This document shows, piece after piece, positions 18,242 to 28,620 of a DNA stretch of 30,700 bases. The notes beneath the pieces are model-generated. The model did no database searches and was not told the origin of the DNA. It worked only from the letters and a program-made list of their open reading frames with translations. The translations under genes and the position numbers were made by a program. The DNA lies in IMG/VR virus record IMGVR_UViG_3300025276_003640, positions 1 through 30,700 of that record, one strand, 5' to 3'. The first letter of the stretch is position 1; each line of letters begins with the position of its first letter. This DNA is from a virus. Taxonomy: Duplodnaviria > Caudoviricetes.

Positions 18242-21200
18242 TTAACCTTGTAAAAACATATTCAGTGCGACTGGTGAACCACTTACGCCGCCTGTATAGT
18301 TTACTTGTGTTGTTATATTTATCTCTTGATTGGTTGTATGAGATATTGTCTGACCAGTAAGTCTTATCTGTCCAGCTGTTAGTGAGTTTACATTTAGTTC
18401 ACCAGCACCACCACCAATTTGACTTGCTATATAAGTTTTAATAGCTCGCTGTGTTGGAACAATGCTGTCACTGTTGGCTGTAAACGTTCCATCAGTTGAA
18501 AACTCAGTAATATTTGCACTTGTTCCGCCTAATGATAATTCACCAAGTTGTAGTTCTTGCAAACCGCTTACGTTAAATGCATCTGCATTTAATGTTGCTC
18601 TACCAGTTGCTTGCTCTACGCTAAACAACTCGCCAACTCTAAAGTTACCATCTTGGTCAGTTGAAGTGTAAAATACTCGTCCACCACCAAAGTCTTTAGT
18701 TTCGTCTGATTGGTCAGGTACTACACTAGGTGTTCCTGGATAGTTAGTAGTAGTAACTCCGCCTGTTCCAACTTCTAAGAAATCGTGTCCTGTTAATCGT
18801 ACTTGACTGTATCTAGTACGTATAGTTATAGCTTCATCATGTTCTGGAGCATCAGTAACACTTATTGCTGGACTAACTTGTATTAGTGCAGAGTAGTTGC
18901 CTGCGCTGCCTGTTACTTGTGTAACACCAACTAGTTTATACCAAGTGCTTGCTATACCAGCTATTTCTACGTTTGAACCAGCTACTGGTGTTGTCGTTAA
19001 AGCATTAACTTTAATGTACTGTCCTGGTTGATAAAAGTCAGCATACCCAGCCGCTGATGCTATTGTTGCAGTTGCAGTTGTATACCCTGTGCCTCTTGCA
19101 CTAAATGTTGGTTGCCCAAGTACGCCGTTGCCGTATCTAACAACATGCGGAACATCAACAGTATTATTTGGATCTGTTAATGTAAACGTTGGAGCTGAAC
19201 TGTATCCAGTGCCCGGATGCCATAGTCTAATTTCAACAACTTTACCGTCTTCAACTTTAACTCTAGCTTTTGCAATGTCTGCATACGCACTTACGCCGCC
19301 GCCACTAAACACTACTCTTGGTTCAATCATATATTCTGTTGTAGCATCTAGTGTCGAAACAATAGCTGCACCGTAACACGAGTCCCAACCTGCACTACCG
19401 TCACTGCTTTTAAGAACAGTAGCTATCTTAGTTCCGGAGTTATAAGCATTAATATATGCATACTGCCCAGCGCCAGTGCCGCTAACAATCCAAATTGCCA
19501 TTCCTGCATATACTGCACTACCATTTGCATCTGTATTACTAATTGTAATTTGTGTCGTATTACCTACTTGTGCAGTATTAGTTGCTGTAACATATCCTGC
19601 TCCGCCTAAATTACTTGACGGATCTAATAGTCTTACTTCATATACGCCGCCTGCAAAAACATTTTCTGCACTAATAGCAGCATCATTATTGCCACCTGAG
19701 ATAGTAGTAGTTGTGTCGCCATCGGCATACCCAACACCAGCATTTGTATATTCAAATTGTAATATTTTATTTTTATCTGTTAATACTTTCTTTATATTAG
19801 CTTCTGTTGATCTATTAGTAACTGTACCGGTTGTTGCTGTTTCAGTTGCATCAACTCCTTCAGCAACAGTACCGTAGTCACCATATGATGAGTTACCGTT
19901 TGTTGCACGGATCTTACCACCGTTTTCTGCCAAGTACCCAATATGCCCAAAGTATGAGAATACACTAACAAGTTCTGCTCTACCTAAGTTAGTAACCCAA
20001 ACACCAATGCCTTCATCAAGTATTTGTGTAAAATCGTTTGCAACAATACTATCGTTGCCGCCGTCGTGTAAATCTCCGTCAATCTTTAGACCAATACATT
20101 TTGCGCCAATAGTAGTTACATTTTGTACGTAAGGTGATCTAGTAGCAATCCATGCATCTGTATCAGCTGGACCATATCCTGGATCAAGACTTACAAATGA
20201 ACCTGCTGTCGGACGCTTAGTCCCGTATGCATTGGCACTGCCTAGTGTGCCTGCTAGTCCACTTACTGTACAATTTCTTAGTCCTGTAGCATTACGCATA
20301 TAGAACATATTTTTAGTTGTACTACCACTTACTGAATTACCATAAAGTTCTGCTCCTGAAAGTGTTTTCCAGTTGCCTGTGTATATCATATCATAAATGA
20401 TAGAGTCTAAGTATCTATTAACATCTCTTGTACAAGCTGCAATAGTATACGTATAACTTGGATAAGTTGCTGCAATATATGCATGTACTTCTGCTACTAA
20501 GAATGCTCTGTTTGCTTCGATACATTCTACAGCAAAAGTATATGCTGTTGATGTTTCAGGAGTATTAGTTCCTCTTATAGTAGGAACTGTAGAGTCGCCT
20601 GCAACACCGTTAACACGATAGTCAATATAATCTTGCAGTTCTTGAAGTAAGTTTGTTGCTGCTGTTCCAGCTGCCGAACTACCTGCTGGCCTTGTTGTTA
20701 CTTGTGTTAATGCATTGCCTGAAGTTTTTGTTATTCCACTGTTTACAACAATGCTATTCATAATAACTTGTAATCTTGCAATAGCCGCTATACTCTTTGG
20801 AACATCAGCTGCCCCTGTTTGTATACCTGCTGGTGTAATTTTAGTTGACCGTAACTCGTCTCCAATAATTGCTGTATTTGCTGGAACAAGTATTGGCAGT
20901 GTTTCTGCAAATGTTCCACTCTTAACATAAAGAGAATTAGTTGGAAGAACAGCTGCTGTCATACTGGTTACACTACCTGCTGTAACTGCTACTGTAAGAA
21001 TAGTCGCTAAACTAGTAGCTGTAGATAAATCGTCTGCTAGTTCTACTTGTGCTGCTTCTGTTTGTTGCGTAGCTATAATATTACTGTTTAGCGTTTGATA
21101 ATTAGCTGCAGGTGCCGCATTACTTAATACAGCATCAATAACAACTAACATTCTTGCTACCATTGCATTAAATTCTACTTTCTTACCTGTAATAGTAGAA

Positions 21201-23014
21201 TCGTTATGTATAGCTGTTGTTAATGCCCGTGTACGAACATTTCCACTGTGACTTAAATCGTATGCTAATGCATCAACTAATCTTCCAGCCAATACTAACC
21301 AAGTTGCTTTTGTATATGTAAAGCTTGCTGTGTAAGGACTTGTTACGTTTGCAATACCGTGGTCTACAAATTCTACAGCATCTTGTGCAACAAAACTTCT
21401 ATTAATAGTTAATAATCTTTTAGCTGCTGGGCGTTCTGCACCATTTAAGATTTGTTGTGTAGCATATTGAATTGTTTTCCAAGGACGGTCTAGTGTAAGC
21501 CCGTAGTCAGATGCTGGTGTATCAACACCTGTAGTATTTTGTACATAGTACACATTATTAAGTGCGCCAAAGTATCCCCATTCAGGAGCAGTACCGGCTG
21601 CATTTACTTTAAGTACTTGTCCAGCGGATCCGATCGGAAGTCGCGTTGGGCCTGCGCCGCTGTAGTAAACTAAGTCACCTTGTGTTGTTAAGTTTCCTGA
21701 TTCAGCGCCTGCAATTAATGCATTCCAATATGTTCCGCCGCTATCGTTATCTGGGCGTTTAGGAGTGTCTGATGTGTGTGCAAGTATACAAACATAGCTG
21801 TTTACACCATATCTAATTGAATCGCCTTTGTCATAAAGTGTTGCAGTTCCCCAAGTATTTTTCCATTTGAAACCTTCGTTTAGAAGTTCCCAATATGTGT
21901 TTTCTGGAGGTCGTTGTCCTGTATGGTCTAGTATACACAAGTATGTAAATGCGCCAAGTCTTACTACATCGCCAACTACATATTCTTCTGTGGAACTATC
22001 GTCGCCCCAATCCTGCGCATGCCTAAATCCAGTTGTAAATAAATCCCAATCTGATGTATTAGTAGACGGGTGTCCTTGTCCTATGTTGTTTGTTTTAGAA
22101 ACATAAGAGTACCCACCGTATGTAACAAAGTCACCTGGTTGGTACGTTGAAGTGCCGCTCCATGTATCTTCAAATTCTAAACCTTCAACAAATTGTGCCC
22201 ACTTACTTTCGTCAGCAGCAAATGTTGCTTGACTAGTATGATAAGTTGTACAAATCCATGTTCCGCCGCCATACTTAACAATGTCATTAATTTTATATCT
22301 AGTAGTGCTTGACCAATCTACTTTGTACTCTAAACCTTTGTTTAGATAATCCCACTTTGATTGGTCGTTTTCTAATCCAAGTGCGGCTGTTGCTGCAGAA
22401 GTATGCCCTGTGTTTGCAACATATAGTTGTCCACCATAGCGTACAATATCATTTACTGTGTATCTAGAGGAAGAAGACCAATTATTTCTCCAGTAAAATC
22501 CTTCGGAAAAAATATGCCATTTAGCTTGGTCGGTTTCTAATCCTAGCGCAGCTGTCGCTGCAGAAGTATGATGGGTTACACAAACGTAAATTGTACCGTT
22601 GTATTTTGCAATGTCATTAACTTTGTATCTAGTACTTATTGCCCAGTTTGCTTTATAATCAAATCCCTCAGCAAATAAATCCCAACTTGCTGCATCTTGT
22701 TCTAAACCTGAAGTTGCACTTCCTGCCGAAGTATGTTCTGCATTAGCAATATATAAATATCCGCCATACTTTACAATATCATTAATTTTGTAAAGTACAC
22801 TGGTTCCCCAGTCGCCTTTCCATTCAGTACCATCAGAAATCTTATTCCAATAAGTTGATTGGCTAGTTGAAAAAAGTGCTGGAGCACTATGTCCCTTAAC
22901 ACAAATATATGTATTACCGCCGTTTCTAACGATGTCATCAATATAGTAGGTTGTGGAAAGAGTCCACGTTCCTTTCCATATAAACCTAATTCTACCTAAC
23001 TTAAATTCAGCCAT
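18242..23014 (-). CDS. large tail fibre/spike-like protein (1590 aa): 8 CBM5/12-like repeats, beta-helix domain, conserved C-terminal domain
   Basis: WxxxxxYxxxDIVxYGGxxYxCxxxHTS x8; LTTQGDL..RLPIG..GQVL; IIGDELRST, RSPYVQNVTT, SIVANDFTQILD; YSQVRLTGHDFL, RVFYTSTDQDGNFRVG. Confidence 0.75.
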   Translation of the reverse strand: MAEFKLGRIRFIWKGTWTLSTTYYIDDIVRNGGNTYICVKGHSAPALFSTSQSTYWNKISDGTEWKGDWGTSVLYKINDIVKYGGYLYIANAEHTSAGSATSGLEQDAASWDLFAEGFDYKANWAISTRYKVNDIAKYNGTIYVCVTHHTSAATAALGLETDQAKWHIFSEGFYWRNNWSSSSRYTVNDIVRYGGQLYVANTGHTSAATAALGLENDQSKWDYLNKGLEYKVDWSSTTRYKINDIVKYGGGTWICTTYHTSQATFAADESKWAQFVEGLEFEDTWSGTSTYQPGDFVTYGGYSYVSKTNNIGQGHPSTNTSDWDLFTTGFRHAQDWGDDSSTEEYVVGDVVRLGAFTYLCILDHTGQRPPENTYWELLNEGFKWKNTWGTATLYDKGDSIRYGVNSYVCILAHTSDTPKRPDNDSGGTYWNALIAGAESGNLTTQGDLVYYSGAGPTRLPIGSAGQVLKVNAAGTAPEWGYFGALNNVYYVQNTTGVDTPASDYGLTLDRPWKTIQYATQQILNGAERPAAKRLLTINRSFVAQDAVEFVDHGIANVTSPYTASFTYTKATWLVLAGRLVDALAYDLSHSGNVRTRALTTAIHNDSTITGKKVEFNAMVARMLVVIDAVLSNAAPAANYQTLNSNIIATQQTEAAQVELADDLSTATSLATILTVAVTAGSVTSMTAAVLPTNSLYVKSGTFAETLPILVPANTAIIGDELRSTKITPAGIQTGAADVPKSIAAIARLQVIMNSIVVNSGITKTSGNALTQVTTRPAGSSAAGTAATNLLQELQDYIDYRVNGVAGDSTVPTIRGTNTPETSTAYTFAVECIEANRAFLVAEVHAYIAATYPSYTYTIAACTRDVNRYLDSIIYDMIYTGNWKTLSGAELYGNSVSGSTTKNMFYMRNATGLRNCTVSGLAGTLGSANAYGTKRPTAGSFVSLDPGYGPADTDAWIATRSPYVQNVTTIGAKCIGLKIDGDLHDGGNDSIVANDFTQILDEGIGVWVTNLGRAELVSVFSYFGHIGYLAENGGKIRATNGNSSYGDYGTVAEGVDATETATTGTVTNRSTEANIKKVLTDKNKILQFEYTNAGVGYADGDTTTTISGGNNDAAISAENVFAGGVYEVRLLDPSSNLGGAGYVTATNTAQVGNTTQITISNTDANGSAVYAGMAIWIVSGTGAGQYAYINAYNSGTKIATVLKSSDGSAGWDSCYGAAIVSTLDATTEYMIEPRVVFSGGGVSAYADIAKARVKVEDGKVVEIRLWHPGTGYSSAPTFTLTDPNNTVDVPHVVRYGNGVLGQPTFSARGTGYTTATATIASAAGYADFYQPGQYIKVNALTTTPVAGSNVEIAGIASTWYKLVGVTQVTGSAGNYSALIQVSPAISVTDAPEHDEAITIRTRYSQVRLTGHDFLEVGTGGVTTTNYPGTPSVVPDQSDETKDFGGGRVFYTSTDQDGNFRVGELFSVEQATGRATLNADAFNVSGLQELQLGELSLGGTSANITEFSTDGTFTANSDSIVPTQRAIKTYIASQIGGGAGELNVNSLTAGQIRLTGQTISHTTNQEINITTQVNYTGGVSGSPVALNMFLQG

Positions 23015-23038
23015 TTAGCACTCCATAAAACTTATATA

Positions 23039-23046
23039 TATTTATC
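23039..23046 (-). promoter_or_regulatory. T4-like late promoter box (GATAAATA)
   Basis: Intergenic, about 25 nt upstream of the ATG at 23014; GGAG SD between. Confidence 0.6.
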
Positions 23047-23047
23047 A

Positions 23048-26000
23048 TCATATCATATTCCCGCAATGACTACCGTGTGCAAAATATTGCAAAGCAGCCA
23101 TATTACCCTTAATTGGTTTTGTATGGTTAATTCTTGCAGTAAAAACAACTCCTGTACTAGAATCTGTAGATGTTATAGTGTTAGTATCAATTTGTATTGT
23201 ACCAGCAACTACTCTAGTAGCGTTAGCATTACTGCTGCCACCGGATACTCTCGATTCGAGATATTTTCCTATTGCTTTTTGTGTTGGAACAATGTTATTG
23301 GCGTTAGCAATAAATGTTGGTTCTTTTGAAAACTCGTTAATTATTACTGCTGTTCCGCCAACTTGTATTCCACCTAATGTTAATTGTGACAAGCCAGTTA
23401 ACGTAAAATACGAAGCATTAATAGTAATAATACCTGTATCCTGTTCTACTTTAAATTGTTCACCAACTCTAAAGTTACCATCTTGGTCTGTACTTGTATA
23501 AAATACTCTGCCAGCGTTTGCTTCCCTAACTTCATTTTCTTGCTTAGGATCGTTAGTAGCATCATAACCTGCAACATACCTATTTGGATAATCTGAATCT
23601 GTTTTATCTCCCGAGCCTATGTCTAAGAAATCATGCCCAGTTAATCTTACTTGACTGTACTGCTGTCTAATAGTAACTGCTGTAGCGTGTTCCGGAGACT
23701 CTGCTCTTCCTAGTGTAGGAGTAATTGTTAGTGTTAACGAATAGTTTGGCGCACTTCCTGATTGTGCATCAATACTAGAGACTTTATAGTTAACATCATT
23801 AATGCCAGTAATAACTAAGTTATCTCCTGGTCCAGGAACTAAGCTTACACCTGTTAATTTAAGTGTTGAACCAATTTGGTAACTGTCTGCATATCCATCG
23901 CCTGCTATTGTTGCTGTAGCTGTGATGTAATTTGTTCCTCTGTTTTGGAACGTAGGTTGACCTAATGCTCCGTCACCAATTCTAGCAATCTGTGTTGAAT
24001 TTACAGTTGCCTGAGAATCATATACACTAACTGTTGGTGTTGATGCATACTGACTTCCTGACTCATACATAAAGAATTCGTTAATCTTTTCTGACTTAAC
24101 TACAGCCCTTGCAAATGGTTTACTGCCCCATCCAGTTACTGTATTCCAGTTAGTATTATTACTTGCAACTATACTCCATTTTTGTAGTGTAGGACTATAT
24201 GCTTGTGCAGACCAGCTAGCACTTTCTGTAGTAACAAAGTCAGTACTGTCATCACTAGTAATTCTCCACACAACTCCGTCTTGTGACTTTGCAATTTGTG
24301 TACCAGTACCAGTAGCCATAAATGTTCCGCCACCGTACTCTATTTTTAAATAATCAGTTGCGCCAGGTATAGTATGCTCATACCAAGTTAGGCCATCAAA
24401 ACTAATTGCTGTTTTTGTTAAACTACTAGCATCGCCTGGATCAATAGCAACAAATCTACCATTACCAAATACTATGTCAGTATAACCTGTTGGTAGTCTT
24501 CCTGTTGCTCCGGCATTAAACTGGTAAAATGTTGCTCCGAGATCTGCACTCATAGCAGCACCACCTGACGTTCCTTCATTAATAGCAACAAAGGTACCGC
24601 CAGTAGCAATAGACCCAACTCCTGGTCCAAATGCAACTCTTTTATAGTTATGTGTGCCGCCTGCCGCTGCTCCTGTTACAGTTCTAAATGTTCCTGCGGT
24701 TAAGTCAGTGGTTGTGTAAAGTGAATGTGAATTTATTCCAGTTACTAAAATTGTAGAACCTTCTTTAATTGCTGCGCCGCGAATGTTAGCAGAACTAAAC
24801 GCTGCACTCATTGTTGGACATACGTTAGTATTAGATAAATTTGCTGTATTGAAGCTATACACACCCAAAGTTGTACAAATAAGTATTCTACTTCCGTTAG
24901 TGTCTGATATTACTTTTGTAACATTGCGGCTAGCTATTCTAGTTACTGGTGTACTCCAAGTTATTCCGTCTGATGAATGAGATGAATACACAGTAGATCC
25001 TTGAGTAAATGCAACATAGCTATTACCTGCAGGAAACCAAACTACCTCTGTCCAGTTAGTACTACTAGGAGCAGTAACCGATGTAGCCGCAAGTGTATGA
25101 TCACTAAATGTTACTCTAGGCTCTAAACTATACCTTGTTGCTGTTGTCATGTCATTTATAATTGGCCATCCTGGATTTATATGATCCCAGCCTGGTGCGC
25201 TATCTGATTCTCTACTAATCTGTGCTACTTTTGATGCTGAGTTATAACTAGCAATATATCCGTATTGTCCTACTCCCGGACCTTCAGATATAAAAACTCT
25301 TAATCCTGCATACTTTGCGTTTGTACCATCAGTATCAGAAGCTGCTAGTGTAAGAGTAGTTAAGCTTCCGTCTTGTGCAGAGTTTAGCTTGTACTGGTAG
25401 TTGTTTCCTCCTGCTGCGCTCGAGTCACCTGGGTCAGTTAGCCTTACTTCGTAAACACCATCGTCTCTAGTTTCTTGATAACTTGCTGTTGCATTTGAAC
25501 CTTGGCCTGCGAATGTAACTGTAGTTCCTGCTGCACTATATGTTGTACCAGTATTTTTATATTCTAATCCCAATATCATATTTACATTATCAGTAAGTGC
25601 ATTAGCAGTTGCTTCGTAGCCTCGGTTAGTAACTGCTCCAGTAATAGCTGTTTCGGCTGTATCAAATCCTTCTGCTACTGAACCAAACGTACCGTAAGAA
25701 TTGTTACCATTAGTTGCCCGTAGTTTTCCGCCTGAGTCTGACAAGTAACCAATATGATTATAATAAGTAAAAACAGATACTAACTCTGCTCTACCGTTAT
25801 TTGTTGCCCAAGCTCCAATGCCGTCATCTAATATCTGTGTAAAGTCGTTTGCAACAATTGATTTATTTCCTGCATTATGTAATGCCCCATCAATTTTAAT
25901 ACCTACACATTTAGTGCCAAATGTTGTTACATTTTGTACATAAGGTGATCTAGTTGTAATATGTACACTAGTATCTGCTACTCCTGATCCTGGATTTAAA

Positions 26001-27883
26001 CTTATGTATGCACCCGATACAGGACGTTTTGTTCCGTAAGAGTTTTGGTCTCCTAGTGTGCCTACTAGCCCTTGAAGTGTTAAGTTTCTAACACCAGCAG
26101 CATTACTAACGTAAAACATATTATTAGCTTCAAGGCCTACATTTGGTTGTATAGTAACACTTCTTAGTTCGTCACCTACTAGTGTTGTTGATGCAGGAAT
26201 TGCTATAGGTATAATTTCATTATATACCCCAGCTGTGATAAAAATTGTTGCAGGAGCTCTATTAGCCCAATCTGCATTAACATAATCACATGCATATTTA
26301 ATTGTTGCAAAGGGTGCATTTACTGTTGAGCCGCTAGTATTAGAATCTACGCCATTTGGAGCAACATAAAATACTTTTGCTACTGTTCCAAAATCTTGCC
26401 ATATACTATTGCCGCCGATAGTTTTTAATGTAGATCCTGGAGTACCAATAGCTAATCTTTCAGTTTGGCTGGAATCTCTAACACGTATATCACCGTCTGT
26501 TGTTAATACGTTGCCGTCAATACCAAGTAGCATTACTTCCCAATAGTTTTCGTGCTCATTAAGTATGTCTAAATCTGGTCTATTATCTGATTCTGAACCA
26601 GTGTGTCTTTGTATACAATAATATGCACTAGCGTCATAAGTTACAATATCACCAATGTAGTATTGTACATTATCAACCCAATCACTTTTCCACCTGTGTC
26701 CTACAACAAGTATTTGCCACTTAGCTGATGTATCAGGATATTCTGAAGATGAATCTGTTATACAAATATATACATATCCGCCGTTTCTTACTACATCACC
26801 TGTGTAATATTGTGTAGCATGAACGTATTCGCCTTGATGTTTATATCCTTGCTTTAATAATTCCCAATTACCTGTGTCTTGCAATAGCCCATTTACACTA
26901 GGTACACTGTTTAAGTTGTTTTGTAAACAAGTGTAAGTATATCCACCATAAAGAACAATATCGCCAATTTGATATTCTGTTGCACTTGCCCATACTAATT
27001 CGTAACCAAATCCTGGGAGCCATACTGTCCAATAAGTAGAAGCTTCGTCTGTCCTAAATAATGCTGCAGAAGTATGACCAGTTACACATTTCCATATAGT
27101 TTCGCCGTATTTTACTAAGTCGTTTGCTACGTATCTTGTTGACGCTGCCCATGTGCTTTTATATTCAATAGCATCGATTACAGTAGACCATTTTGATTGG
27201 TCTGCTTCTAATCCTGATGATGCAGATGAATTACTAACGTGTGCTAGTACACAACGATATACAATACCGTTATATCTTATAACATCTTCAACTAGATAGT
27301 GTGTACTAACTGCCCAATCTGTTTTCCAGTTATCAGATCGTGTTACTATTTCCCACTTAGCTTGATCTGTTTCTAAGCCTAAAAGAGTTGTAGCTGCAGA
27401 TTGATGCTTTGTAATACAACGATATGTAATACCTCTATTAGTTATTACATCGCCTAAGTCGTATGCAAAGTTAGTTGTCCATGTATTAACCCAGTTATCT
27501 GTAGTTGCAACTAGAGTCCATTTTGAATAATCCGTATGTACACCTTGTGATGCAACAACATTTGAAATATGTACAGTAATACATCTGTAAACATATCCTT
27601 CCCATTTAACTATTTCACCTATACTATAATATGTTGATCCAGTCCAAACGCCGCGCCACACAAATCCATCTAATTGTAATTCCCATTTAGGACTAGCATG
27701 ATTTAAATCTGTATAAAATCCATTAGCTACTCCGTTATATACTGATGTATCTGAAGTGTGTCCTAGAAGACAAACATATGCTTTACCTTGATAGTGTACA
27801 ATATCATCTTTTCTATAAACGGTAGATGCAGCCCAGATATTTTTCCATCTAAACCTAATTCTATCAATATTAAATTCTGCCAT
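23048..27883 (-). CDS. large tail fibre/spike-like protein (1611 aa), paralog of 18242-23014 with an Asp-box beta-propeller-like insert
   Basis: Same 8 repeats, beta-helix and C-terminal motifs; additional SSDGITW, SADLGATF, SFDGLTW, SQDGVVW repeats. Confidence 0.75.
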   Translation of the reverse strand: MAEFNIDRIRFRWKNIWAASTVYRKDDIVHYQGKAYVCLLGHTSDTSVYNGVANGFYTDLNHASPKWELQLDGFVWRGVWTGSTYYSIGEIVKWEGYVYRCITVHISNVVASQGVHTDYSKWTLVATTDNWVNTWTTNFAYDLGDVITNRGITYRCITKHQSAATTLLGLETDQAKWEIVTRSDNWKTDWAVSTHYLVEDVIRYNGIVYRCVLAHVSNSSASSGLEADQSKWSTVIDAIEYKSTWAASTRYVANDLVKYGETIWKCVTGHTSAALFRTDEASTYWTVWLPGFGYELVWASATEYQIGDIVLYGGYTYTCLQNNLNSVPSVNGLLQDTGNWELLKQGYKHQGEYVHATQYYTGDVVRNGGYVYICITDSSSEYPDTSAKWQILVVGHRWKSDWVDNVQYYIGDIVTYDASAYYCIQRHTGSESDNRPDLDILNEHENYWEVMLLGIDGNVLTTDGDIRVRDSSQTERLAIGTPGSTLKTIGGNSIWQDFGTVAKVFYVAPNGVDSNTSGSTVNAPFATIKYACDYVNADWANRAPATIFITAGVYNEIIPIAIPASTTLVGDELRSVTIQPNVGLEANNMFYVSNAAGVRNLTLQGLVGTLGDQNSYGTKRPVSGAYISLNPGSGVADTSVHITTRSPYVQNVTTFGTKCVGIKIDGALHNAGNKSIVANDFTQILDDGIGAWATNNGRAELVSVFTYYNHIGYLSDSGGKLRATNGNNSYGTFGSVAEGFDTAETAITGAVTNRGYEATANALTDNVNMILGLEYKNTGTTYSAAGTTVTFAGQGSNATASYQETRDDGVYEVRLTDPGDSSAAGGNNYQYKLNSAQDGSLTTLTLAASDTDGTNAKYAGLRVFISEGPGVGQYGYIASYNSASKVAQISRESDSAPGWDHINPGWPIINDMTTATRYSLEPRVTFSDHTLAATSVTAPSSTNWTEVVWFPAGNSYVAFTQGSTVYSSHSSDGITWSTPVTRIASRNVTKVISDTNGSRILICTTLGVYSFNTANLSNTNVCPTMSAAFSSANIRGAAIKEGSTILVTGINSHSLYTTTDLTAGTFRTVTGAAAGGTHNYKRVAFGPGVGSIATGGTFVAINEGTSGGAAMSADLGATFYQFNAGATGRLPTGYTDIVFGNGRFVAIDPGDASSLTKTAISFDGLTWYEHTIPGATDYLKIEYGGGTFMATGTGTQIAKSQDGVVWRITSDDSTDFVTTESASWSAQAYSPTLQKWSIVASNNTNWNTVTGWGSKPFARAVVKSEKINEFFMYESGSQYASTPTVSVYDSQATVNSTQIARIGDGALGQPTFQNRGTNYITATATIAGDGYADSYQIGSTLKLTGVSLVPGPGDNLVITGINDVNYKVSSIDAQSGSAPNYSLTLTITPTLGRAESPEHATAVTIRQQYSQVRLTGHDFLDIGSGDKTDSDYPNRYVAGYDATNDPKQENEVREANAGRVFYTSTDQDGNFRVGEQFKVEQDTGIITINASYFTLTGLSQLTLGGIQVGGTAVIINEFSKEPTFIANANNIVPTQKAIGKYLESRVSGGSSNANATRVVAGTIQIDTNTITSTDSSTGVVFTARINHTKPIKGNMAALQYFAHGSHCGNMI

Positions 27884-27904
27884 TAGTTTTTCCTACTATT
27901 CATG

Positions 27905-28276
27905 TTATATTCCGCTCGACGACGAACCATCGTCATATGTATGATCTTCGTTAACTCTAACACACAATTCACCTTCTGAATTTATGTAATAAAACATATC
28001 TCTGTCATCATGCTTAAATTGTTCATAATTTAAATTTTCGTATACTAGATTATGTTGATAATCTCTACCTTCGTAAAATTCTTGCCCTTGTTCAAAATTA
28101 GGATAGTTGTTAATAGGATCACCAATTTTATTAATTTGAACCGCGTCATCCTGAGCTAGTTGATCTACTCTACCCATAAACAACTCACCGTTGTCAGTTC
28201 TACGCAATCCGTAAAAGAATCGTTCTCCGTTTTGCATAAAATATTGTTCTTGTGATTGTCCTACATAATTTGCCAT
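27905..28276 (-). CDS. phage hypothetical protein (123 aa)
   Basis: Clean ORF with AAGGA SD; FFYGLRRTDNGELF...YEQF..D...YYINSEGELCVRVN, an internally duplicated (T/N)xxGEL motif. Confidence 0.65.
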   Translation of the reverse strand: MANYVGQSQEQYFMQNGERFFYGLRRTDNGELFMGRVDQLAQDDAVQINKIGDPINNYPNFEQGQEFYEGRDYQHNLVYENLNYEQFKHDDRDMFYYINSEGELCVRVNEDHTYDDGSSSSGI

Positions 28277-28286
28277 TTATTTTTCC

Positions 28287-28616
28287 TTATACAATATCTA
28301 CATAACTTATAACAGCATCAACAGAATCAGTTTTGTTTGATTGTAATAATAATGTATTAGTTGGTGCTAAAATTAGTTTCTCTGCTGGACCCAATGGCTT
28401 TAAACTTCCTTTAGGAGGAAGCATTACATCTTTTATATAGTATCCTTCGCTACTAGTATCATCACCTATTAATATGCTTATACTTACTGCGCCCTTAGTA
28501 GTGTTTGCTAAACTAATACCAATAATAGTAGAACGTGTGCTGCCGTTAGTTTCTAACGCAACTATCTTTTGGGTTCCGATATCTTTTACTACTTTGTTTC
28601 TAAACGTTGTTGCCAT
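28287..28616 (-). CDS. small virion beta-sandwich-type protein (109 aa)
   Basis: MATTFRNK...STIIGISLAN...YYIKDVMLP..GSL..EKLIL...SVDAVISYVDI. Confidence 0.65.
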   Translation of the reverse strand: MATTFRNKVVKDIGTQKIVALETNGSTRSTIIGISLANTTKGAVSISILIGDDTSSEGYYIKDVMLPPKGSLKPLGPAEKLILAPTNTLLLQSNKTDSVDAVISYVDIV

Positions 28617-28620
28617 GTTA

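Noticed and set aside
21750-27850. Periodic repeats as CRISPR or DNA tandem repeats
   Set aside because: Repeats are at the protein level with degenerate DNA; no constant repeat-spacer pattern.
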